Shown here in pieces: positions 10,431 through 19,500 of a DNA stretch of 64,000 nt (positions are counted from its first letter, which is position 1; each line of letters begins with the position of its first letter). The notes beneath the pieces are model-generated. The model had not been told where the DNA came from and ran no database searches. It saw only the letters and a program-made list of their open reading frames with translations. The stretch lies in NCBI GenBank assembly GCA_019058315.1, contig JAHPZH010000006.1, positions 1 through 64,000 of the forward strand, given 5' to 3'. Position numbers and translations under genes: made by a program. This DNA is from Candidatus Helarchaeota archaeon. Its GTDB lineage: Archaea > Asgardarchaeota > Lokiarchaeia > Helarchaeales > RDOG01.

Positions 10431-11615
10431 TTGGAAAACGTAAAAGTAGATGATACAACCCTTAGAGATGGAGTCCAAATGCCTGGTATTAGAGCTCCAT
10501 CCCCTAAAGAGAGATTGGAAATTGCTCATTATCTAGATGATATAGGGATAGATCGTATTGAGTTATTTGGAACTTGGTATGATGTAGATAGAAAATCAGC
10601 TCAAATGATACTAAATGCCGGGTTTAAAGCTATGATCGGTATTTGGGTAAGGGCTAATAAGAATGATCTTGACGAAGCTCTTAGACTAGATGGAATTAAA
10701 GGAGTTGGAATTTCTCATCCAATTTCAGATATACATCTAACATATAAACTAAATATTTCTCGAGAAGAAGCCTTCAAACGAATTCATGATGCTATTCAAT
10801 ATGCGAAAGATCATGGTTTAATTGTATTTTATCATGGTGAAGATTCCACACGAGCAGATTGGGAATATGAAAAATCAATCATTAAAATGCTAACAGAATT
10901 GAAAGTAGATGTTTATCGTGTATGTGATACAGTTGGAGTTGGTATTGGGGCTCACACGTCTTCGGTCATTCCTATAAATAAAAGTATTCCTGATAAGATA
11001 TCTGAGATAAAAAAGAATTTTAAAATTGATATTGAATTCCATGGCCATGATGATTTAGGGGGTGCTGTAACTAATACTATGATTGCTTTACAAAATGGTG
11101 CAACTTATGCAAGTACCACTATGTTAGGTATGGGAGAAAGAGCAGGAAATGCTGAAACAGAAAAAGTAATAATGAACCTTAATTATCATTACAACATTAG
11201 TAAATACAATATTTCTTTACTGACTAAAGCATGCCATGTCATTCATGATGCGATGGATATTAGAATTCCTTCAAATAAGGCAATTGTAGGTGAAAATGTT
11301 TTCACACATCAATCTGGGATCCACTCTGCCGGAGTTATTAAAAACCCCGAAACATATGAACCATTTTCTCCTGAAAGTGTTGGGAATGTAAGAAGGCTTC
11401 TAGTTGGTCCTTTAGGAGGAAAAAATGTAATTCTTTTCAAGTTACAACAAATTTTAGAAAAAGAGGGTATAACGGAAAAGATAGATCCAAATGATGGCAG
11501 AGTTAAAGCTATAATAGATTATATCCAACAAAACTTATTTGGTTCTGGTATTCGTCGTTCTCCTTTAACGGATGACGAATTTGAACAATTAGTACGAATG
11601 TTTGCATTAAAATAA
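10431..11615 (+). CDS. DRE-TIM (LeuA/homocitrate synthase) family acetyl-CoA condensing enzyme, possibly Re-citrate synthase-like
   Basis: DTTLRDGVQ, HGHDDLG, GMGERAGN, HQSGIH; no LeuA regulatory domain. Confidence 0.85.
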   Translation: MENVKVDDTTLRDGVQMPGIRAPSPKERLEIAHYLDDIGIDRIELFGTWYDVDRKSAQMILNAGFKAMIGIWVRANKNDLDEALRLDGIKGVGISHPISDIHLTYKLNISREEAFKRIHDAIQYAKDHGLIVFYHGEDSTRADWEYEKSIIKMLTELKVDVYRVCDTVGVGIGAHTSSVIPINKSIPDKISEIKKNFKIDIEFHGHDDLGGAVTNTMIALQNGATYASTTMLGMGERAGNAETEKVIMNLNYHYNISKYNISLLTKACHVIHDAMDIRIPSNKAIVGENVFTHQSGIHSAGVIKNPETYEPFSPESVGNVRRLLVGPLGGKNVILFKLQQILEKEGITEKIDPNDGRVKAIIDYIQQNLFGSGIRRSPLTDDEFEQLVRMFALK

Positions 11616-11691
11616 TTGTTTTATTGATTTTATTTTATATTTATTTTTAAATTCAATTTACATCTAACTTAAGAATAAGGACTGAATTGTT

Positions 11692-13650
11692 TTGACTTTA
11701 AAAGACCTTTATATAATCGATGCTAATTTCTTCATTTCAATTTTTAAATTGAATAGGGATGAAGCAATAAATAATCTGATGAAAGGAATTATAGAACTAA
11801 AATTAGACAATTTATATTCAAGTACTTTAATTTTAAATGAGTTAAAAATTCCAAGCTCCTCGGTGGCTATTATAAAAAAGTTCTTAAATTTTGTTCCTGT
11901 TCCTAGACAAAAGATTAATACCTTAACTCAAAATGTAAATCCCAGTGCAACACCTCAAATTGCAGATCTCTCTCTTGTAGCACTAGCAAAAATACTTAAA
12001 CAAAAATTTGGTAAAATTGCGATTACAGTGGTTACTAATGATTTTAAATTAAGTAAATTTATTCGTAGTTATTCTTCCCAAATTAATGTTTTACCTCCAA
12101 GTAGCTTTCTAATGATGTTAACAAATAGTCTGGATAATCGAATATTACGAAACTATTTTAAGAAATTAAGAAAAAAAATGAGTAATTATGAAATGTCGTA
12201 TGCATTAGAGAGAAAAGATATATACAATCCACAAGAAAAATTAAGTTGGCTTGTTGAGAAATCAATAGGTGTAGCATGTCAATGTAATCTTATATTACAG
12301 AAGGAAGATCTTGAAGTAGAAGAATTAGATTCTAAAAGAGAACTATTTCTTATAAATCGATATATTTTAGGAGAAAAATTATCTAAAAGCCAAAATAATT
12401 CGATAAAAAATTTAATCCCTTTTATAGATTCTATAAAAAAATCACAAAAAGAATTTAATAAAATTAAAAAATTATTGATTGACAACCGATTAAGTGATTC
12501 TTTGGTAAATGTTCAAAAAATTATTAGTGAGTTGATGAATACTTTTCAATTATCTATGGTTTCTCTAAAAAATGATGAAAAAGAAATTTTTGAAAAAGTC
12601 ATTTCAAAATTTTTAGCTCAATTTGAATTTTTTATTTCAATGCTTTATTTAGAATTAGATGAGTTAGAACAAGCCTTAGAACATTTCGATAAAACTATTG
12701 TGTTCAGTTTTTTTGCAGAACAATCAAAAAATATTATTATCGCTAATTATATTAAAGGGCTCTCTTTAATTTTCAACAATCGTTTTGAAGAAGCTGCTGA
12801 TCAATTCTCATTATCTCATAAACTTGCCGAAAAATTCAAATCTAATCAATATAGGATAATTAATTTAGGGGGAGAGGCAATTGCACGTTTTCTTGCAGGG
12901 GAAAATGAAACAGCACAAGAGATAATGAAAAACGTTAATAACCTTGTTAAAAAAGATCTGCAAATGAGTTTGATCTTGATGACTGAGTTTGCAGATAACT
13001 TTTATGTAATGAGTAGGCCAGAAATTGCGATACATCTTTATAATGAAGCTTTAGAAATCTCGATTGAACTAGGCAAATTAGAACAATCAGAGAAGATTAT
13101 CGAAAAATTAAAAAGGTGTTTCTACTCAATCGGTAGTTGTCTTCCGCCGATGGCAGCTCAATTACAAAAAGTTATAGATCTTGCTCATCAACAAAGCAGT
13201 AACGAAAGTATCGAAAAATATAATTTAGAAATCAGTAAAATAAGTGAAATTAATAAACTATTATTTGAAGATTTTCCATTTAAAACGGGAAAAAAATGGA
13301 TTAAAGGAATAAATTTGCCTGACTTTTTAAAAAAACCTATGAATTTAATTTCAGTAAATATTAAAGGAAATATTTCTATGGAAATGGGCGTTTCTACAAT
13401 AACCTCTCTTATTTGTTTAACACAAGAGCAGGGGGGAATTGCTATAAATGTTCCTGAACCTTTAATGATAGGTACTCCAGAATTATACAAAGTTGAGCTA
13501 AATGAAAAAGGGTCTTATAAAATAATAGAAGCTTCTCAAATTGAAAAGGAAAAATTTTTTATTAGAGCAAAAATTTATGTAAAATCAAAAGATGACTTAA
13601 TTTTAAAGAAGATCTTTCCAAAATTATATGGTAAATTTTTTGATAATTAA
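11692..13650 (+). CDS. PIN-domain ribonuclease fused to TPR-like helical repeats
   Basis: N-terminal IIDANFF...NEL...ADLSLV...VVTNDFKL acidic tetrad; TPR-like helices at about aa 310-480. Confidence 0.7.
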   Translation: MTLKDLYIIDANFFISIFKLNRDEAINNLMKGIIELKLDNLYSSTLILNELKIPSSSVAIIKKFLNFVPVPRQKINTLTQNVNPSATPQIADLSLVALAKILKQKFGKIAITVVTNDFKLSKFIRSYSSQINVLPPSSFLMMLTNSLDNRILRNYFKKLRKKMSNYEMSYALERKDIYNPQEKLSWLVEKSIGVACQCNLILQKEDLEVEELDSKRELFLINRYILGEKLSKSQNNSIKNLIPFIDSIKKSQKEFNKIKKLLIDNRLSDSLVNVQKIISELMNTFQLSMVSLKNDEKEIFEKVISKFLAQFEFFISMLYLELDELEQALEHFDKTIVFSFFAEQSKNIIIANYIKGLSLIFNNRFEEAADQFSLSHKLAEKFKSNQYRIINLGGEAIARFLAGENETAQEIMKNVNNLVKKDLQMSLILMTEFADNFYVMSRPEIAIHLYNEALEISIELGKLEQSEKIIEKLKRCFYSIGSCLPPMAAQLQKVIDLAHQQSSNESIEKYNLEISKISEINKLLFEDFPFKTGKKWIKGINLPDFLKKPMNLISVNIKGNISMEMGVSTITSLICLTQEQGGIAINVPEPLMIGTPELYKVELNEKGSYKIIEASQIEKEKFFIRAKIYVKSKDDLILKKIFPKLYGKFFDN

Positions 13651-13668
13651 TTTAATCACATTTCATCT

Positions 13669-14676
13669 ATGAAATTAGATTTTGTGAAATCTATGGTTAA
13701 GATTAATTGGTATCTAGTAATAGGGACTGTTTGTATAATGGGAATTTTCATTTTTTTAGCTTTATATTTATATTCCTTAATTGGTTGGTTAGGATTTTTT
13801 ATTATTTCAGTTCCAACATCAATAAGTGAAATATTTTTATTATATTATTTAGAAAAGAAAGAAAAATCTAGAAAAAAACAAAAAATTGCTCAATTGAAAT
13901 TAGCAATTAAAGAAGATATTAAAAGTGAGATTGGAGAAGAAAAACGCTTATTAATTGCTGCATTAAATAAAGAAACTAAAGTAACCACAAACGTATTAGA
14001 GAGTTTTAGAATTTATTTACGAATAAATATAGCAGAAATAAACGAACTTATATTAGATATAGACGAAGTTTATTTAAAATCTATCGAATTAGTAAAAAAT
14101 TCAAAAACAAAAAAAGCAAAAGAAGATTTTAATTCAAAAATCTCTAATATTTTCAATCGAATATATGAATTAGATACCGATTTTAATTTCAAACTAAATA
14201 ATCTAAAAACTTCAGATTTAAAATTTAGGAAGATAATTTCTAGTTTTAAAGATGAGTGGTTTGCTTCAATCGATAAAATTAAAAATATTATCAAACAAAC
14301 TCAAGAAAAATTTGAGATAAATACTAACTTTCTTTACTATATTGAAGATATTTTTAGATTTGAAATTGAAAATCAAAGAAAAATCGAAATAGAAGATTTT
14401 GAAAAATTAGAAATTCCTACAGATCAAATAAAAAAACTTTTAAAATATATCAACGAATCTATAAAGATTAAACTTAATGAAATCGATAAAGATAAGAAAA
14501 GAAAATTAGGAGAAATAGGTAAAAAAATCATATCTCATTATATGGTCGCTGGAAAAAAACCTAATTTGCCTGAAATGGTAATTGAATTAGGAATGGGAAT
14601 TAATGAAAGTAAAGAACTTCTAAGCTATTTAAAAGAAATTGGAATGATTGATGAGATTAAATATCATATTTTATAA
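13669..14676 (+). CDS. Membrane-anchored coiled-coil protein with probable C-terminal winged helix
   Basis: Two N-terminal TM helices, helical middle, C-terminal PNLPEMVIELGMGINESKELLSYLKEIGMI. Confidence 0.55.
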   Translation: MKLDFVKSMVKINWYLVIGTVCIMGIFIFLALYLYSLIGWLGFFIISVPTSISEIFLLYYLEKKEKSRKKQKIAQLKLAIKEDIKSEIGEEKRLLIAALNKETKVTTNVLESFRIYLRINIAEINELILDIDEVYLKSIELVKNSKTKKAKEDFNSKISNIFNRIYELDTDFNFKLNNLKTSDLKFRKIISSFKDEWFASIDKIKNIIKQTQEKFEINTNFLYYIEDIFRFEIENQRKIEIEDFEKLEIPTDQIKKLLKYINESIKIKLNEIDKDKKRKLGEIGKKIISHYMVAGKKPNLPEMVIELGMGINESKELLSYLKEIGMIDEIKYHIL

Positions 14677-14721
14677 AAACCTGAAATATATTTTATACAA
14701 TGGATATTTTTAATTATTTAA

Positions 14722-14822
14722 GCTGGGATAGCCAAGCGGTAAGGCGACAGGCTCGAGTTGGAAAAATGAGAAACCTGTTGACTAATTTAGTCGCGAGGGT
14801 TCAAATCCCTCTCCCAGCGCCA
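14722..14822 (+). tRNA. tRNA-Ser(CGA) with a 15-nt intron at canonical position 37/38 (14758-14772); CCA encoded
   Basis: Acceptor GCTGGGA/TCCCAGC, anticodon stem ACAGG/CCTGT, CGA at 14754-14756, long variable arm, T arm GAGGG-TTCAAAT-CCCTC; relaxed BHB with central helix CTCG/TGAG. Confidence 0.93.
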
Positions 14823-14837
14823 ATTTGAGGAAGTTAT

Positions 14838-15344
14838 ATGCCAGAATCTATAGATGAACTCATTTTTAAAGGAGAACAACTATTATTTGAAAAAAAATTT
14901 GAAAGTGCTATTAAAATTTTTAAAAAAATTTTGAAAACACATCCAAAGGAGGGGACTGTAAGAAAAAGTATTGGGACTGCATATTTTGAATTGGGAAAAT
15001 ATGAAGATGCACTTGAAAATCTTAAAATAGCTACGGAGATAGATCCATCAGAATCTGAAATTTGGGGCTATTTAGGAAAAATATATCTAATTAAAGCTGA
15101 AAAGGAAAAAGCTCTTTGGTGTTTTAATAAAGTTATTGAAATTGATCAAAAAAGTTACGGAGAAGAATTCCAAGATTTAATTGGTTATGGGATTGACGAG
15201 GAGAAAAAAAAACTAGAAGAAAAAGGAATTATTCCGGTTGATCCTGAGCTTAAACCCAAATATATTATATGTAGAGAATGTGGTGAACGAATTCTTATTG
15301 ACATAAATACAAAATTTTGTAGGAATTGTGGAGGGGAAATTTGA
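14838..15344 (+). CDS. TPR protein with C-terminal zinc ribbon
   Basis: Three TPR-like repeats; CRECG...FCRNCG. Confidence 0.8.
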   Translation: MPESIDELIFKGEQLLFEKKFESAIKIFKKILKTHPKEGTVRKSIGTAYFELGKYEDALENLKIATEIDPSESEIWGYLGKIYLIKAEKEKALWCFNKVIEIDQKSYGEEFQDLIGYGIDEEKKKLEEKGIIPVDPELKPKYIICRECGERILIDINTKFCRNCGGEI

Positions 15345-15440
15345 GTTTTTAAAATTGATATTTCAATAACATTAAACAATACTTTCTTTTTAATGCAAAT
15401 AAATTAAAATATTAAGGAATCATTTCAATATAATGAGGAA

Positions 15441-15467
15441 AGTTTTGTCATGCATTTTGACAAAACT
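15441..15467. promoter_or_regulatory. Perfect 10-bp inverted repeat AGTTTTGTCA-N7-TGACAAAACT, candidate operator or hairpin
   Basis: Seen directly, in the intergenic region upstream of the 15622/16522 gene pair. Confidence 0.4.
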
Positions 15468-15621
15468 AACAAACTTAGCATATATTTATGGTTTTTTAAG
15501 ATTCTTTATTTTATTTAATTTAATTTAAGGAAACTTAATCCACATACAAGCAAGATTTAAAATCCTAATAAAACTATAGTATTTAATGTTGATGATTTTT
15601 ATTTGAAGATACAGATGTGAT

Positions 15622-16497
15622 TTGTTGTCAAAGAAATATTCAAAGGAATTTAACGAATATTTGGAAAAATTCAATGAACTGGGAAGTATAGATTATGTAT
15701 CGCGAGAATTTTTAGGTTTAATGCGACAAAAATGCTATAATTGTAACAAATCTCGAGTTGAATGTGCTTTTCAACCACATTGTGAAAATCGTAAGTATAT
15801 GAATGTAATGATTGAAATGAAAGTTAATTTGAATGATATCCCAGCGTTTTGTTATTCACAACAATTACGAAATATTAAGGATTTTTTAGATGGCAAAGCA
15901 CATTTAATTGAACCTATTGATTATAAATTATTTTTATCAGATTTTATTGAACTCTTAAGTATTAAATTGAAAATTGAATCCAAAAATTATGAGAAATTGC
16001 TTAATGAAATAACTACAAAAATAAAAAATATGAAAGGAAAAATATATAAAATTCATAGAAAGGGAGAGAAATTCAATTATTTTATGCTAATTGCTGGGGG
16101 TATAATTTATTATATTGATTTAATGAAAGAAGTTGTCACAGTAAATTTACAGAATAAAGCTATAGAAACAGAAAATGAATTAAAAGATATAATTAAATTA
16201 TATTGTCAATACTTCAATATTGATGTTGAGATAATTGAGGAGATGGCAGGTTGGTGGTACCTAAAAACAACATTTCCGTCTAAAAAATTAAAAAGTGACA
16301 AAATTTTTTACGATTATAAAGAAAAGATTCAGGAATTCTCAAATTTTATAAATTTTTTCCAAGAAGATGCTATAGTCTATTTCTTAATTGATATTAAAAC
16401 CCCGTTAAGCCAAAATTGGAAACATAGTAGATTAACTGTTATAAAATTAGGCGAGATTTTCAAATCATTAAATGAATTGTCAAAAAAAATTGCATGA
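15622..16497 (+). CDS. Hypothetical protein with N-terminal Cys cluster
   Basis: 291-aa ORF; CYNC-x5-C-x5-C...FCY. Confidence 0.6.
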   Translation: MLSKKYSKEFNEYLEKFNELGSIDYVSREFLGLMRQKCYNCNKSRVECAFQPHCENRKYMNVMIEMKVNLNDIPAFCYSQQLRNIKDFLDGKAHLIEPIDYKLFLSDFIELLSIKLKIESKNYEKLLNEITTKIKNMKGKIYKIHRKGEKFNYFMLIAGGIIYYIDLMKEVVTVNLQNKAIETENELKDIIKLYCQYFNIDVEIIEEMAGWWYLKTTFPSKKLKSDKIFYDYKEKIQEFSNFINFFQEDAIVYFLIDIKTPLSQNWKHSRLTVIKLGEIFKSLNELSKKIA

Positions 16498-16521
16498 AAA
16501 AAATAGTTGGAGTAGTATAAT

Positions 16522-19500
16522 TTGGAAAAATCGGATCTGACTCAAATATTGATGAATGCCTTTTATTTGAATGATTCACAAGCAGAAATTTATGGTTTAT
16601 TACTTATAAAAGGAATTTTGACTTTAGGAGAAATAAGTTTATCGATAAATAAAAGCCAAGAAGAATGCAATAAAATAATCCAAGCCCTAATTAATCTTAA
16701 ACTTATTAAAAAGATCCCAGGAGCTGTTATTCGTTATAAAGCTTTACCTCCTTTTGAAGGTTTTTTTGCTCAGATAAAAAGATATCAGAAAATATTTGAG
16801 AATTTAAATGAAGAAATTTCAATAAATTCTAAAAAATTGATAAATGATTTCAAAAAAGATATGAAAACACATATGGAAGAGATTCAAGAATTATTTAAAA
16901 AACAGAGAGAAGACACAACAATATTAGAATTACAGAAAGAACATTATAATCGCGAAATTGCGGCTTATATTACAGAAATCAAAGATAACTCAGACAATCT
17001 TACTAATGAATTGAATAATTTTTTTACCACTTATTTAAATTCCTTTGAAGAGCGAATTAATATTATTAAAATTGAAGTAGATAAGAATTTTGCAGAGGTT
17101 TTAATTGAACTTAAAGATATTAAAGGAAAGAATAATGATTTCTTAGAAGAAAATTTAAGCACTTTAATCTCTCCACAAAAAGATTATATGAAAAAATTAA
17201 TTGAAATTCTTTTTTCAAACCTTGATACCTCATTTGATAGTATTAGTGGACAAGTCGAGAATTTAAAAAGGGAATTAACTAATATTACTTCAAAAAACGG
17301 AGACATTCTAATAGATTTTTCTTCAGATTTACAAAATAAAATAATGGGTTTTCTCACTGAACAGCATGATAATTTAAATATCTCTATTTTAGAACTTAAA
17401 GATAAAGTCTTAAATAGTGAAAATCAAATACAAGAAATGTTCTCAAATAAAAGCTCAGATCTAGAAAATAATTTGATAAAGGCATTAATTGCACTTCAAG
17501 ATGAAATAGATCGAGCCTTACAAATCTTAAAAGAAAAAGATACCGAGTTGATGAATTCATTTTTCCAAAAGCTAGAAGAGAGATTATTGGAACAAGTTAG
17601 AGAGTTATCTGAAATGTTTGACTTGAATAAATCTCTTATTGTAGAAAATACTGAATTTTTAAACAAAAATTTAAAAGATTTATTAAATTCCTATTTAACT
17701 GATTACGCAAGCTTCTCTAATGAGCTTAAGACAAAATTTGAAACAAATATTGATCAAGTTAAAGATATTTTAAATGAAGTAATAAAAAAATTAAACGATA
17801 AAATGATGAGCACTATCTCAAGTCATCGTAAAGCAACTGAAAAAAACTCTAATGACCTAGAACTTGAATTAACTGATAAATTAAAACAAAGTTATGATCT
17901 ACTTCAAAATGAAATATCCAATCTATTGCAGAAAAATTCAACAGAATTCCAAAATTCATTAACAAGTTTCAAAGAAAATACTATGATTTTGAAAGAGGAT
18001 TTATTACAAAATTTAAATTCTACTCAATCTACAATCCAAAAAAATTCAACAGAAACCCAAAATGAAATTTTTAAAATTATTGATTCTCAATTAAAAACAA
18101 TTGAAAAGGAAGATACTGCAATAGAAGCCCAATTAAAAGAAAAAATAATTGAGGAATTTGAAAAATTAAATTCTGAAATAAACTCAACAAAAACTGATAT
18201 CCTATCTTTTTTTTCAGCTAATATTAAAGATTTAGAAAAAGATCCAACAGTATTTAAAGATAAAATAACAAAATTGATAACTAATCAACTTAATTCTTTA
18301 GAAAAGGATGGATTATTATTAAATGAATCTATTAAAACTACAAATTCCAACTTTATTATTCAATTTAAAAATATCATGAGTCAATTACAAAATAGATTTA
18401 CCGAAACTTCAAATAAATATTATAATGGTTTAAAAGATTATCTATTGACTTTAGATAAAGATATTATTAGTATTACGGATGATAGATTAAACCACTTAAA
18501 AGATAAAATTTCATTTTTTCAGGAAAATTTAAATAACATATTAGGAAAATGTTCAAATTATTTAAAAAATGTGCAAGACTTTGAAAATAGAATAATAAGC
18601 GATTTAAAAAGACATATTGAGATGATGAAAAAATCAGCGACAATAATCACTGATAATATTTCAAATTTAATGGATAAACAAATAAGCGATCATAATTTAG
18701 CTACTGAGTCTTTTAAAAGTTCTTATTCTAAATCTATTAATAAAGAAATAAGTTCCGCAGAAGAAAACCTTACTAATCTTTTAAATCTAATTAATACTTC
18801 ATTTCAAGCGAATTCAAAAACTGTAAGAAATAATTTCGATGAGGTAGAGCAGAAAATTCCTGATATTATAGATAGATCTTTTCTTGAACATAAGACTTCA
18901 AATGAAGATTTAAGTGCCAATTTGAAAAAATTACTAACCAATCACTTAATAGATTATTCAGCATTATCCAAAACACAAAAGGAAAAAATTAAACCAAGTA
19001 TTGATCAGATTGGGGATATTTTAAAGAGTTTGAACAAGAAATTAAATACAAAAATAACAAATACGATTAAAAAAAATGTAAATAATAATGAAAAATTGGC
19101 AGTGGATCTTGAATCTAATTTAATAAATGGATTAAAACAGAATTATGACATATTCCAATCTGAGATCTCTAACTTAATTAATAACATAACTTCAGGTTTT
19201 CAATCAACAATAATTCAATTTAAGCAGAATATAAACACATTAAATGATGATTTATTTCAGAATTTAATCACATTTCAATCTTCTATACAAAAAAACGTAA
19301 AAGGCACTAAAGATGAAATTTTTAAAATAATAAATTCTCAATTAGCAACAATAGAAAAAGAATGTAACACATTAGAAACTCAATTAAAAGAAAAAATCAT
19401 TAAAGATTATGAAGAATTAAATTCTGAAATAAATTTGGTAAAAAATGAATCATCTAATTTTCTTTCAAATTATCTTGCAGAATTAGAAAAAGATTCTGGA

